From Clostridia bacterium (GTDB lineage Bacteria; Bacillota; Clostridia; UMGS1810): a DNA stretch of 54,502 nucleotides. The stretch is taken from assembly GCA_045614005.1 (NCBI GenBank), contig JAZLCB010000164.1:1-54502 (forward strand), in the 5' to 3' direction. Positions 1 through 9,759 of the stretch are shown here, in pieces. Made by a program: the position numbers and the translations under genes. The notes under the pieces were generated by a model that saw nothing but the letters and a program-made list of their open reading frames with translations, did no database searches and was not told the origin of the DNA. Each line of letters begins with the position of its first letter. Positions within the stretch are counted from its first letter, which is position 1.

Positions 1-1
1 C

Positions 2-553
2 GGCGATGCTATCACGCCTTACATCATCTTTCAGAACTCTCATGATGGCATGAACTCTGTCAAGGCAACCATCTCTCCACTGAGAATCGTCTGTCAGAAT
101 CAGTTCAATGTATCCTTCAGGCAGTCTCCTAACACTGTCCGTATCGTTCACTCATCCAACATGGAGCGCAAGATGCTTACGGCGCGTGAGATGATGCGCG
201 ATGTAGCAGAGTACATGGAGACATTCGAGGATACGGCTAACGAACTCGTCACCAAGAAGATTAGGTATGACGATGTAATCAAGGTGTTCAACGATGTCTT
301 CAAGTACAAGCCGGAGAAGATGAGTGGCAGACAGCTTCAGAACTTTGAAGATGCTCGCAACGACTTCCTCGCATGCTACAATAGCGATGACAATCAGAAC
401 TTCAAGGGAACCGCTTGGGGCGTTATGAACGGTGCGGCCGACTACCTGACACACCATAGGTCTGTAAGGAAGACTAGCCCGGATTCCATCTTCGTCAATA
501 CTACGCTCCTTGCCACAGCACTGAATCAGATTTTCAAGCGTGTATCTGTATGA
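2..553 (+). CDS. DUF932-like phage/plasmid protein, C-terminal part (5' end outside window)
   Basis: Frame is open from the window edge. GDAITPYIIFQNSHDGMNSVKATISPLRIVCQN resembles the SHDG...R.VC.N core I recall for DUF932. Stop TGA at 551-553. Confidence 0.6.
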   Translation, partial: GDAITPYIIFQNSHDGMNSVKATISPLRIVCQNQFNVSFRQSPNTVRIVHSSNMERKMLTAREMMRDVAEYMETFEDTANELVTKKIRYDDVIKVFNDVFKYKPEKMSGRQLQNFEDARNDFLACYNSDDNQNFKGTAWGVMNGAADYLTHHRSVRKTSPDSIFVNTTLLATALNQIFKRVSV

Positions 554-581
554 CACTAAAGCTAACAACCAACAGTAAACC

Positions 582-613
582 ACATCCGGCGATTAACCCC
601 GCCGGGTGTTTTA
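582..613 (+). terminator. Rho-independent terminator
   Basis: 10-bp stem (582-591 pairs with 600-609, GC-rich core CCGGCG/CGCCGG), 8-nt loop, then TTTT. Confidence 0.6.
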
Positions 614-614
614 T

Positions 615-639
615 AAATTCCGAAATAATTCAGGAATTT
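615..639. promoter_or_regulatory. TTCC-N11-GGAA palindrome, copy A (AAATTCCGAAATAATTCAGGAATTT)
   Basis: Inverted arms AAATTCC/GGAATTT separated by 11 nt. Sits between the terminator and the AGGAGG of the 651 gene. Same architecture as four other copies. Confidence 0.55.
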
Positions 640-650
640 TAGGAGGTACT

Positions 651-1025
651 ATGACTATCCCGGAAATGATTAAGTACGATACTGAGCATCGTAGTGAACT
701 TGTTCTCGAATATTACAATTTCATTACAGCCTGCCGGAAGTTGGTGGAAGCTGATTATGCTATGCGTGAATCAGCTCAGTGGAACTCGGCTTCATTGGAG
801 GCTTCAAACACCGGTTTTGCGGTCAAGGACATTTTCCATTTTTACTATGTCCTGCGGGTGCATTTGACGGCTACATTCTGCCAAGACGGCAGATACCGCA
901 TTTCATTTGAAAAGACCACTGAGAACTACAAGCCATTTGAGATATACGAATATGTGGATGAAGAAACCTATAAGGAAGTCTATAAGAAGATTTCCGATAG
1001 GGATATTGAGATGCCCGGAGGCTGA
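651..1025 (+). CDS. hypothetical protein
   Basis: ATG at 651 lies 5 nt after AGGAGG (641-646). The track's upstream GTG start at 606 lies inside the terminator and palindrome. Confidence 0.6.
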   Translation: MTIPEMIKYDTEHRSELVLEYYNFITACRKLVEADYAMRESAQWNSASLEASNTGFAVKDIFHFYYVLRVHLTATFCQDGRYRISFEKTTENYKPFEIYEYVDEETYKEVYKKISDRDIEMPGG

Positions 1026-1028
1026 TAC

Positions 1029-1040
1029 AACCTTATATAA
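1029..1040 (+). promoter_or_regulatory. class-2 promoter-like motif AACCTTATATAA
   Basis: One of about 6-8 AACCTTWTATA boxes found in intergenic DNA. Followed by an AT-rich leader and CTTATATAGGAGG. Confidence 0.35.
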
Positions 1041-1078
1041 CCATATATGAATTTATATTTCTTATATAGGAGGCATCT

Positions 1079-1504
1079 ATGGCGATAGAATCTATCAGGG
1101 ACTTGGAACTCGAACTACGCGATTTACTTGACGCTGATATTTGTGTAAAGCTTGTTGACCTCGCCTATAGCGAAGACAATCTGTTTGCAGAAGACATCTT
1201 CTTTGATGCTGACACCTTCTTCGATTTACTCGGTAATGAAGAACCTAAGGAAGTTGCCCTGAAGTTCTTTAATGGCGAGGATTTAGACAGCAGGGGTTCA
1301 GCTAATCCCAATAGGGACTACTTCCGTTATAATGGAGCGGACAATGTAGAATCAACTGATGACCCGGGAGAAATCTATATTGATATCTTGGAAGATGACA
1401 TCATTGACTACATTCTTGACCATGTGGATGATAGGACATTCCCGGATGATATCCAAGAACTCGTTGATGAGTATTTAGATAGTGATTACGAAAAAGGAGA
1501 GTGA
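1079..1504 (+). CDS. acidic hypothetical protein
   Basis: ORF with AGGAGG 7 nt upstream. Very D/E-rich. Confidence 0.6.
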   Translation: MAIESIRDLELELRDLLDADICVKLVDLAYSEDNLFAEDIFFDADTFFDLLGNEEPKEVALKFFNGEDLDSRGSANPNRDYFRYNGADNVESTDDPGEIYIDILEDDIIDYILDHVDDRTFPDDIQELVDEYLDSDYEKGE

Positions 1505-1509
1505 CTAAA

Positions 1510-1926
1510 ATGAAGATAACTCACACTAGACCGGACGCAAACAATTCCATCACATCATCTAGCCGTTCAACTCGTAAAACGAATATTTTCGCTGACGAGA
1601 ATGTTTTCGGCGATGTTGACCCTGATGGAAATGTTTTTGGTGATGAAGACCCGGATGCTGACGAAGGCACTGAGGACGAGGATGTAGATAATCTCGATGA
1701 GCCTCTTGATGATGAGCTTCAGCAGGACAGCTCTACTATTGAGATTGATAACAACATTACGAATCACCTTATCGCTGAGTGTCAGAATTGTCACGGAATC
1801 TTCATTTCCGCGATGATTGCTTCCGACCAACTCATCGATAGCATCAATGGTGTTTGCCCGCTTTGCAACAAGGATACAGAGCAGTCCTTACTTTGGATTG
1901 TAAAAGACTATCCTGAAGATATTTAA
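1510..1926 (+). CDS. acidic protein with C-terminal zinc ribbon
   Basis: ATG at 1510 follows GGAGAG. C-terminal CQNC...CPLC pair. Confidence 0.55.
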   Translation: MKITHTRPDANNSITSSSRSTRKTNIFADENVFGDVDPDGNVFGDEDPDADEGTEDEDVDNLDEPLDDELQQDSSTIEIDNNITNHLIAECQNCHGIFISAMIASDQLIDSINGVCPLCNKDTEQSLLWIVKDYPEDI

Positions 1927-1937
1927 GGAGGTTTCCT

Positions 1938-2756
1938 ATGACGCTTAAAGAATATTTGTTACAGACATCTGAGGGTGATGAAATCACTGTTTGGGATGAT
2001 ACCTATGATATGGAAGTCTATTTCTATAATCAGACCGGTGACGCATGGGATGACGCTATGATGGACTTCGCTGATAAGCTTGAAGTAGTTAATGTTTCCA
2101 ACAATGGCGTTACAGTAAACATGTACGAAGTAATCGAGAATAACATCGATGCTTTAGAGGCTTCCGATTTATTCATCAATCCCGATGTCGATTCTATCAT
2201 GGATGACATGGAAAACATCTTAGCCGGTTATGTGTCTGAGGAATGGCTTGTTAAGTTCGTAAACTGTCTGAACAATGGTGGTGTTACAGCTAGCCGTCGT
2301 ATCGGTAAGAAGTCCGTAGTAAAGGCTTCGGCTGAACTCGATGACCGCTTCAGCTTTGAATTAGAGCCTGAGTTTGAAATCTACCTCGATACTTCTTTAG
2401 CCCGTCCGGAATGTCATGTAGAGGATTCCGAAGTAATCGGTAATGGCGCAGGACTTATGTACGATGTAATCATTTCCCTCCCGGCTGAAGAAGCTCATTG
2501 GCAGATAAAGGAAGACATCGAGCGTAATCTTGAACGCTATATTCAGGAGCAGGTTGATGGTTCTGATTACATGGGTTCTGTTATCAGTCTTGATAATGAC
2601 GGTTGGGATGGCGATAACAAAGTCTATATCGCTAAGGTAGAAATCGTTGCTATTCAGAATGTAAGTCCTTGGGGTGAATATGGTATCGACTATGGTACGG
2701 AAGAATACTTAGACCATGTTACTAAGGGCACACCTTGGCCTCCGGAGTACGAGTAA
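1938..2756 (+). CDS. hypothetical protein
   Basis: 272-aa ORF, AGGAGG upstream. Confidence 0.6.
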   Translation: MTLKEYLLQTSEGDEITVWDDTYDMEVYFYNQTGDAWDDAMMDFADKLEVVNVSNNGVTVNMYEVIENNIDALEASDLFINPDVDSIMDDMENILAGYVSEEWLVKFVNCLNNGGVTASRRIGKKSVVKASAELDDRFSFELEPEFEIYLDTSLARPECHVEDSEVIGNGAGLMYDVIISLPAEEAHWQIKEDIERNLERYIQEQVDGSDYMGSVISLDNDGWDGDNKVYIAKVEIVAIQNVSPWGEYGIDYGTEEYLDHVTKGTPWPPEYE

Positions 2757-2896
2757 TGCCGGTTCACAAGACAAAAGGCGGAGGATACCAATGGGGAAAC
2801 TCCGGTAAGATTTACTACGGCAAGGACGCTAAAGAAAAAGCCGAGAAGCAGGGCAGGGCCGCTTATGCCAACGGCTACAAGGGTAAAGGTAAATGA
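2756..2896 (+). CDS. small basic protein (46 aa, MPVHKTKGGGYQWGNSGKIYYGKDAKEKAEKQGRAAYANGYKGKGK)
   Basis: Not in the ORF track because it is under 60 aa. The start overlaps the upstream stop (TAATG) and the stop overlaps the next start (ATGA), so it fills the gap exactly. Confidence 0.5.
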   Translation: MPVHKTKGGGYQWGNSGKIYYGKDAKEKAEKQGRAAYANGYKGKGK

Positions 2897-3582
2897 AAAG
2901 ATACATCAAGTCCGCAACAGCATCCAATCCTGAATACTACGAAAATTCCAAGACGGGTATAGCTTATAAGGTCTTCAAGGTGAAGAACGGAAAGCTGTAC
3001 CCTCCAATGGTTTCCAACGCCGGTGGAGCTGATACCCCGGTAGGTGTTTGGCTCGATGCTGAGGAAGGCGAATTTGCCGGGCTGTCCAAGACGGGCAGAC
3101 CTCAGGTTAAACAAGCTAAGGGCGGACAGACTTTATCATTCAGACCCGGTTGGCATTTAGGTGACATCCCTAGAGCCAAGCAGTTCGACCGTAAGAACAA
3201 GGAAACCGGTGAGCCTGAGTTCCCGAAGGATTTCATTTGGGCTAAGTGCAAGTATGTTATGAATGTTGACTATCAGCCTCAGTCCGATGAGCGTGGTTAC
3301 ATGCGTACATCCGTTGACGAGCAGGGTAATGTCGTTGAAAAGCGTAGCGATAAATATCAGCACTCGTTGGCAGGCTTGCCTTATCTGCCTAAGGATGGTT
3401 TCTATAAGTATCGTACTAATCCGAATCCTGATACTGTGCCGTGGGTAATTACCGGTGCCATGAAGGTATTGGACTTACTCGGCGACGATGAAGTAAATGC
3501 TATTTTGAAGCAGAACGGAATCCCGGCAATACATCGTCAAGGTGGAGACAAAACCGTGGATGAGATTTTAAGGGACAACTAA
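2893..3582 (+). CDS. hypothetical protein with MKRYIKS N-terminus
   Basis: 229-aa ORF, translationally coupled on both sides. Contains an RPGWH motif. No family recognised. Confidence 0.6.
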   Translation: MKRYIKSATASNPEYYENSKTGIAYKVFKVKNGKLYPPMVSNAGGADTPVGVWLDAEEGEFAGLSKTGRPQVKQAKGGQTLSFRPGWHLGDIPRAKQFDRKNKETGEPEFPKDFIWAKCKYVMNVDYQPQSDERGYMRTSVDEQGNVVEKRSDKYQHSLAGLPYLPKDGFYKYRTNPNPDTVPWVITGAMKVLDLLGDDEVNAILKQNGIPAIHRQGGDKTVDEILRDN

Positions 3583-4859
3583 TGTATAGGTATATCAAGT
3601 CACATAGTTATTTAGACTACAATGTTAATCCCCGTGGCACTAATACCGGGGATTGTCAGACTAGAGCTATAGCTATGGCACTAGGTTTGTCTTGGGACGA
3701 GGTTCGTAAAAGGCTCCGTGCCTACGGGCATGATAGTTTCAGACATACAGTCGTTTTCGAAAACGCTTTATCTGAGGTTTTTAATTGCGAAAAAATCCCT
3801 TTTAGCGATGAATGTACCGTAGGCGAGTTTTGTGATACTACTACCGGTCAGCATGGTACTTATTTAGTCCTCTGCGGTGATAAGAATAAGGATTATGCTA
3901 ACCATGTAGTTTGCATTATTGATGGTACTATTTACGATACTTGGGATAGTTCCCGCCTACAAGTTAAAGGTGTTTATAAGCCTACCGGCGATTATGTGAC
4001 CGAAGGGATTAAGGTGGAATCCGACCTCCCGGATAGGATTTACAAAGTAGCTTTCAGCTATGTTGACGCGTTTAATGATTATGCCCATGACGCTGATTTT
4101 GTTACGAAGGTGCGTGAAGCAATACCCTCAATAGATGAAGCTACCTTGGATGAGATTGATAAGCGTTTACACTTTTCCGCAACCGTGGATTACGATAAGG
4201 TACATAGTTTTAACTTTGTACTTGATATTACGGGCTACTGCCATTTTGGTGGTATTAAACTTAAAAAGAAATCCTATAACATAACTTTTGCTACAGACGA
4301 GAGCTTTGATGATGCTATGGCTAAAATGCCGGCTACAATAGCTTCTCTGTATGACAAATATAGCAGTCTTCTTATAAATCAGTTTAAGCTGAGATTAGGC
4401 GATGAAGTTGATACAAGCAATCTGCTTAACTCCCGTATATCTCAGACTTTACTTAATGCCTATAAGAAGATTGACGCGGATATCCGCCCGCTCGTAGTGA
4501 ACATGGAGACATTCTGCGGTTATACGAGTGCGATATTTAGGATAAACCCTGAGAATCCTTTAGCTCAGTATGTAATGGTTATGGTTAAATCCGCGGGATA
4601 TCTAAGCGAGGGCATTAGAATTTGCATGAAGCAGGGTAGTGCGTATTGGGATGATTACCATACAGCGAAGGTAAATATTCTCCCGCATGGCTTCGCTTTT
4701 AATATGCGTAAGTATTGGTACACCTATACGGATGATAAAAGGGACTTCCAAGAGTTCATGGAGAACTATGAGGATTATTTGTATGACCAAGAGCAGGGTA
4801 TAGACCACGGTTTAGATTATCATTTTTCACAGTGGAAGATGCCTGACATTCTTACATAA
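3582..4859 (+). CDS. protein with N-terminal papain-fold cysteine peptidase-like domain
   Basis: TNTGDCQTRAIAMALG (candidate catalytic Cys), followed downstream by NHVVCIIDGTIYDTWDS (candidate His/Asp). N-terminus is MYRYIKS. Confidence 0.45.
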   Translation: MYRYIKSHSYLDYNVNPRGTNTGDCQTRAIAMALGLSWDEVRKRLRAYGHDSFRHTVVFENALSEVFNCEKIPFSDECTVGEFCDTTTGQHGTYLVLCGDKNKDYANHVVCIIDGTIYDTWDSSRLQVKGVYKPTGDYVTEGIKVESDLPDRIYKVAFSYVDAFNDYAHDADFVTKVREAIPSIDEATLDEIDKRLHFSATVDYDKVHSFNFVLDITGYCHFGGIKLKKKSYNITFATDESFDDAMAKMPATIASLYDKYSSLLINQFKLRLGDEVDTSNLLNSRISQTLLNAYKKIDADIRPLVVNMETFCGYTSAIFRINPENPLAQYVMVMVKSAGYLSEGIRICMKQGSAYWDDYHTAKVNILPHGFAFNMRKYWYTYTDDKRDFQEFMENYEDYLYDQEQGIDHGLDYHFSQWKMPDILT

Positions 4860-4880
4860 ATTAACATTAACGGGGTGCGT

Positions 4881-6494
4881 ATGAAAAAAGTCAAAAAGGT
4901 ATTCGGGATAATCTCATATTTCCCGGACAACGATAGTGAATATCATATCGAAACAAGAAGGGAACGCTCACGAAGATTTCGGGAGCTTCTTTTCAAATTA
5001 GAGGAATTATGGCCCGATGTCGATATCATGGTCATCGCTCAAAATTGGCAGGACTTTGAGTTACCTGAAATCAAGAACCGTATCCGGACTTTCAGCTACG
5101 GCAAGCTTGGCATCTTAGGGGCGAGACATGAACTGCGTAAACGCTTCTTAGATTCCCCTTATGATTATCTTATCATGCTTGATGATGACGCTAGGATAAC
5201 TACGGATAATCCTAAGGAGTTCATGAATATTATTGACCAAAATCCCGATGGTATCGGAGTTCTGCGAAGAAATAATGCACCTCTCAATATGTGCGCAGTT
5301 TCCCGGAATGTTTACAGCCAAGTGGAGATGGTTGATGTTGACCCTGAGAAGGGTGAAGGTTTTGAAGATGATTTATTCGTGGCACTGTGTTTTAATAAGT
5401 TCCCGGATAAAGCTTACATGTTTCCTAAAGGTCTTGTGATAGAAAACTCCTTGCACTACACCGGTCCCGGTGCGTGTCCTTCGACATGGGCAAGAGAGCG
5501 TAAGTACGATTGGAAACATATGACTACTAATACTAAGTCCAAGATATTTGCACTATCCCACCGTGTTCAATGTACTCCGGCTCAACCCGTAGAAAACCCT
5601 ACGATGGATTTGATTATCGCCTATGTCAATAGCGCTGATAATTATTGGGTTCGGGATTTCATTAAAGCGACCAAGACGCATAACCCTACTAAGACGAGAT
5701 TCAGGTCTTGGGGTACGCTCAGATATTTGCTCCGAGGCATTGAAATCTACATGCCTTTTATCCGTAATGTCGTATTGGTAGTAGCAAGGGATTCTCAGGT
5801 ACCGGCATGGCTGAATAGGAAAACAGTTCGTATTGTTTATCATGAGGACTTTATCCCTAAGCAGTATTTACCTACTTTCAACAGTTGTACCATAGAATCT
5901 TTCTTTTGGAATATCCCGGACTTATCCGATAGGGTAATCTACTTCAACGATGACATGCTTCCGGTAGGACCGATGTCTGAAGATGATTTCTTTACGGGTA
6001 ATACCCCGCATATCAAGTTCAATAAGCCTGAGACATATTTTGAGCGTGACATGTTCCGGAATCAGAGCCGTAATAGTTTAGATATGATATTAAAGGCACT
6101 GAACCTGCCGGAGTATCCCGAACATAAGGTAATGCTTCCGTATCACTCATCCTCAGCTATTTATAAGGACACTTTCCTTAAAATCCAAGAGTTGTTCGGG
6201 GATACGATAGGGAAGACTGTATCTTTAACAAGGGATATTAGAAATGTGAATCAGTACATTTATCTATACTATGCGTATTATACCGACGCATATGTTGATG
6301 ATACAGTCGATTTTAAGTATTTCGATATTGAGGATTCACGCATCCAAGACATTTTGGTGGAAATCGTATCAGAGAATTATCAGTTATTATGCCTTAATGA
6401 TTCCGACCGCATTAAGGATTTTGCCGTTACCCGGGATAAAATAGTAGGTGCGTTGGAGCGCAAGTTCCCAAACAGATGCAAGTACGAGGTTTAA
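4881..6494 (+). CDS. two-domain glycosyltransferase (GT2-like N-terminal half) fused to a Stealth-family hexose-1-phosphate transferase-like C-terminal half
   Basis: N-terminal half has IMLDDDA (DXD). C-terminal half has IIAYVNSADNYW (CR1-like), TRFRSWGTLRYLLRGIEIYMPFIRNVVLVV...PAWLN...IVYHEDF...LPTFNSCTIES...YFNDDM (CR2-like) and LCLNDSD (CR4-like). Start could be ATG 4881 or GTG 4875. Confidence 0.7.
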   Translation: MKKVKKVFGIISYFPDNDSEYHIETRRERSRRFRELLFKLEELWPDVDIMVIAQNWQDFELPEIKNRIRTFSYGKLGILGARHELRKRFLDSPYDYLIMLDDDARITTDNPKEFMNIIDQNPDGIGVLRRNNAPLNMCAVSRNVYSQVEMVDVDPEKGEGFEDDLFVALCFNKFPDKAYMFPKGLVIENSLHYTGPGACPSTWARERKYDWKHMTTNTKSKIFALSHRVQCTPAQPVENPTMDLIIAYVNSADNYWVRDFIKATKTHNPTKTRFRSWGTLRYLLRGIEIYMPFIRNVVLVVARDSQVPAWLNRKTVRIVYHEDFIPKQYLPTFNSCTIESFFWNIPDLSDRVIYFNDDMLPVGPMSEDDFFTGNTPHIKFNKPETYFERDMFRNQSRNSLDMILKALNLPEYPEHKVMLPYHSSSAIYKDTFLKIQELFGDTIGKTVSLTRDIRNVNQYIYLYYAYYTDAYVDDTVDFKYFDIEDSRIQDILVEIVSENYQLLCLNDSDRIKDFAVTRDKIVGALERKFPNRCKYEV

Positions 6495-6497
6495 TCT

Positions 6498-7436
6498 ATG
6501 TATATCCGCAGTAATTCTAATGCCGAGAAGGTATTCGTCAGATTTGGTAAGCGTTTTAAGCATGGTAAGAGTATTAATTACCTTGCGATGAATCCGCGCA
6601 TTAAGGACGAGTATTCCTACAAATTGGCTGAATTACAGTATGGTCACATTGACGAAGCGGAGTTCGATGAGTGGTGTGAGGGTGCGCTAGAAGACTTCGT
6701 ATGGGAACCTAATACTAGCTGTTTTAATTGCAACACCTCCGATGGCAATCTTCCGGTTGTTACTAATGTATCTCAGGTGAAAACCCTTATTGGTTTCATC
6801 AAGCGCTTTGAGGATGATTTACCTTGCGAAGCTTTTCTCGTAACCGGAGTTCAAGTTGGTACCGGAACGGACAATGAGCCATTGGTGAATGTTACTCAGG
6901 AAACACCGGTAGAGTACGACTTGGATGATTTAATCGATGTTGCTTTAGACGCGCTGTGTGCCGGATTCCGCTATAGCACGGAAGCCTCTAACTCTATTGA
7001 TAATTTCGAGTATATCGGCAACGGCATGTATCAGTACAAGGACATGATGTTTGCTCAGCCGAAAAGTTCTTTTATTGCTAATTACGAGTACACGGGTCAA
7101 GTCATGGATAAGTTCAAGTATGAACAGCCGGTGGATGTTGACCGGACGGCTATCGGAGGCATTTATGTCGGTGCTGACGCTAATGGCGGTGCTTCGGATA
7201 TAGCTGACTGCGTTTATGAATGGGGTAACGACATATATTCAAAACCGTTTTATTTTGAAAACGCATACCATCTTGCTATTCAGATACTTCCTAATAAAGA
7301 CATTGAAATCTGCGGAGCTATTGAAGATATCGAGAACTTTATAGATGAATTTCCAATAGATTACGAGGACTTAAATGAAACTGAAGTGACATCTAAACTT
7401 AAACAAAAATACATGGGAATGACATTCTACGAATAA
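6498..7436 (+). CDS. hypothetical protein (N-terminus MYIRSNS)
   Basis: 312-aa ORF, GAGG upstream. Confidence 0.6.
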   Translation: MYIRSNSNAEKVFVRFGKRFKHGKSINYLAMNPRIKDEYSYKLAELQYGHIDEAEFDEWCEGALEDFVWEPNTSCFNCNTSDGNLPVVTNVSQVKTLIGFIKRFEDDLPCEAFLVTGVQVGTGTDNEPLVNVTQETPVEYDLDDLIDVALDALCAGFRYSTEASNSIDNFEYIGNGMYQYKDMMFAQPKSSFIANYEYTGQVMDKFKYEQPVDVDRTAIGGIYVGADANGGASDIADCVYEWGNDIYSKPFYFENAYHLAIQILPNKDIEICGAIEDIENFIDEFPIDYEDLNETEVTSKLKQKYMGMTFYE

Positions 7437-7449
7437 ATCCGTACCTCTT

Positions 7450-7463
7450 AATCGTTAATATGA
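7450..7463 (+). promoter_or_regulatory. class-1 promoter-like motif AATCGTTAATATGA
   Basis: Member of the AATCGTTAWTATAT family. Lies 18 nt upstream of the 7481 start. Confidence 0.5.
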
Positions 7464-7480
7464 TTAGGAGGTATTTTAAT

Positions 7481-8212
7481 ATGATAGATTTATCAAAAGG
7501 CTATGTTGAGTTTTCTGATGCTTCGAACTATCAGGCGGACAGTCCGATATGGGTTAATACTAATGCCGAGCAGAAGATTACTTGCTACGAAGAACTGATG
7601 GCTATGGCGCTGATTATGAGGGCACATCAGCGTGACCCATCTATTACAGTAGAAAATCAGGAGAAGATATTTCCGCACATCAAGCGCGTTCTCGATTGGC
7701 TACGCGCCGGAGACTTCTATACATCCCCGGCATCTACTAAGTATCACGATTCCTATACCGGAGGACTGCTTAATCACACGCTACAGACTTATCTTCAGTT
7801 GCTAGGTTTAAGGTCTGTACCTAAGTTCAAGACAGTGGTAGATGAGCAGTGGTGGTCAGCGGTATTTGCTGTTCTTGTTCACGATTGGTGCAAAATCGGT
7901 AGATATGAATCCTATTGGAAGAATGTCAGGGACGAACGCGCGGACAAGTGGACGCAGATTATGGCTTACCGCTATAGAGAAGATGGCGTAGCCCGTTTCG
8001 GTCATGGTACTCAGTCTTTAGTCATGGCTATGCAGTTATGTGTTTCCAAGTACACATCACTGTCATTTGAAGAAATGGCTTCTATCAGATGGCACATGGA
8101 CAATTGGGATATGGGCACTTATGATGCTGAGGATATGCGTGTCTGCGATGAAAAAATTCCAATGGTTCGTATGGTACAATTTGCTGACCAACTCGCGATT
8201 ACAACTTACTAA
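7481..8212 (+). CDS. HD-domain phosphohydrolase (YhaM-like pattern)
   Basis: SPASTKYHDSYTGGLLNHTL, then AVLVHDWCKIG and FGHGTQS. ATG 7481 follows AGGAGG. Confidence 0.55.
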   Translation: MIDLSKGYVEFSDASNYQADSPIWVNTNAEQKITCYEELMAMALIMRAHQRDPSITVENQEKIFPHIKRVLDWLRAGDFYTSPASTKYHDSYTGGLLNHTLQTYLQLLGLRSVPKFKTVVDEQWWSAVFAVLVHDWCKIGRYESYWKNVRDERADKWTQIMAYRYREDGVARFGHGTQSLVMAMQLCVSKYTSLSFEEMASIRWHMDNWDMGTYDAEDMRVCDEKIPMVRMVQFADQLAITTY

Positions 8213-8224
8213 TCGTTAATATAT
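8211..8224 (+). promoter_or_regulatory. class-1 promoter-like motif AATCGTTAATATAT
   Basis: Starts within the stop codon of the HD gene (stop at 8210-8212) and lies upstream of the 8262 start. Confidence 0.5.
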
Positions 8225-8261
8225 GTAAGTGAGGGAACACTTGAAACACGGAGGTACACAC

Positions 8262-8624
8262 ATGAAGGTCAGAACTACTATAAGTGGAGTATTAGGAATC
8301 ATCTCATTTTCATCAGCACTGCTGTCTAGCGGTGTAAAGGAGACAGCCGATTGGTTCGTCTATGCAAAGCCGTTCATACTGTTTGCTATCGTAACCGGAT
8401 TAATCTCATTCATCATCTATAAGTGGGATTCCATTCGCAGGGTAACCTACCCGGCAACTGTATGCTTATGGGCATGGCTCTATGAGCGTGGCGTTATCGA
8501 TACTCAGTTCGGTAAGGATACCTACAGAGTGTATAAGCATTTAGGCAAGTCCTATCGCAGATTCTACACTAAAGTACAGCAGGCATTTGATTACTATCGT
8601 GAGCATGCTGAGGTGGCTAACTAA
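8262..8624 (+). CDS. membrane protein (2 predicted TM segments)
   Basis: ATG 8262 follows GGAGG. Hydrophobic stretches ISGVLGIISFSSALL and FILFAIVTGLISFIIY. Confidence 0.55.
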   Translation: MKVRTTISGVLGIISFSSALLSSGVKETADWFVYAKPFILFAIVTGLISFIIYKWDSIRRVTYPATVCLWAWLYERGVIDTQFGKDTYRVYKHLGKSYRRFYTKVQQAFDYYREHAEVAN

Positions 8625-9286
8625 TGGATGAGTTTATGATTACGGTGAAGACCAAGCCGTTTGGCGATGGTATGCCGGTGTATCAGCGCACGAAGTTTAC
8701 ATTCCTGCCCGGATTAAACAGTCTAGTTGGCTGTAATGGTTCGGGCAAGACTACTTTGACGGATTACTTTTTAATCCCGCAGTTGCGCCAAGCCCACATA
8801 GAGTATTACAAGTACAATGACCGTAGGCAGGGTGGTTCAATGTTAATGGACCGAATGTTAAATGTCGAAGACGATGCTCAGGGCTTGGTTCGTATGTACC
8901 TATCATCCGAGGGTGAGCGTATCGTTGTTGGCTTGGAACGCGTAGTATGTGCGCTTCCGCAATTCTTCAAGGACAACCGCGATAAGCCGGCGTTCCTGCT
9001 ATTGGACGCAGTGGATTCCGGTATGTCCGTAGATGAAATTCATGAGATAAAGAATCTGTTGTTGGATGTAGTCATTCCGGACGCTAAGTCTCGATTTAAT
9101 GTCGATTTGTTCGTGGTGATATCCGCCAACAATTATGAATGGTGCAACGATGACAGAATCCATAATATTGATGTCATCACAGCCAAGACTGTAAAGTTCA
9201 AGTCCTATGACGAGTATGTGAAGCATATTCTTGATTCTAGGGATAAGAAGCAGAAGATGAGGGAACCGTGGTTAGAGAAATCTTGA
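8624..9286 (+). CDS. small ABC/SMC-type P-loop ATPase
   Basis: Walker A GCNGSGKTT, signature-like LSSEGER, Walker B FLLLDAVDSG. TAATG coupling to the upstream gene. Confidence 0.6.
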   Translation: MDEFMITVKTKPFGDGMPVYQRTKFTFLPGLNSLVGCNGSGKTTLTDYFLIPQLRQAHIEYYKYNDRRQGGSMLMDRMLNVEDDAQGLVRMYLSSEGERIVVGLERVVCALPQFFKDNRDKPAFLLLDAVDSGMSVDEIHEIKNLLLDVVIPDAKSRFNVDLFVVISANNYEWCNDDRIHNIDVITAKTVKFKSYDEYVKHILDSRDKKQKMREPWLEKS

Positions 9287-9288
9287 TA

Positions 9289-9516
9289 ATGATTTTAACT
9301 ATTTACATCCTGATATCGTTATTATTAGGTGTAGCTTGCTTGTGGGCAGAAGCTCATCAGGAAAATTATCTGAATACATTTCCGGATGGGGATATCAGCT
9401 ATTACATCCTGCCGAAGAAGTTTATCGGTATATGGAATGTCGTATTCTTCCCAAGCCTGATAGTAATTGGATTATGGCGGATGATATGTCATCTTATCAA
9501 TGATGTATTTGAATAA
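9289..9516 (+). CDS. small membrane protein
   Basis: ATG 9289 comes just after the ATPase stop. Two hydrophobic segments. Confidence 0.5.
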   Translation: MILTIYILISLLLGVACLWAEAHQENYLNTFPDGDISYYILPKKFIGIWNVVFFPSLIVIGLWRMICHLINDVFE

Positions 9517-9527
9517 GGAGTAAGTAT

Positions 9528-9749
9528 ATGAATAGACCATTAGAATACTATGTATTTACTAGACCGGATGCTATGGTTGAACACAGATTCACGGATGACT
9601 TTGCTCTTTGTAAGGCAAGGAGCCGTGGCGACGCTAGACGAATCTTTAGCAAGTATTACGCTGATGTTCAGGATAGTGAGATTCGTAAGATTTCCGGTTT
9701 ATTAAGTGGAAAGCACGGAGACAACTTTACTGTGCTTTCTGACTATTGA
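9528..9749 (+). CDS. hypothetical protein
   Basis: 73-aa ORF, AAGGAG upstream. Confidence 0.5.
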   Translation: MNRPLEYYVFTRPDAMVEHRFTDDFALCKARSRGDARRIFSKYYADVQDSEIRKISGLLSGKHGDNFTVLSDY

Positions 9750-9759
9750 GAGGTTTGAG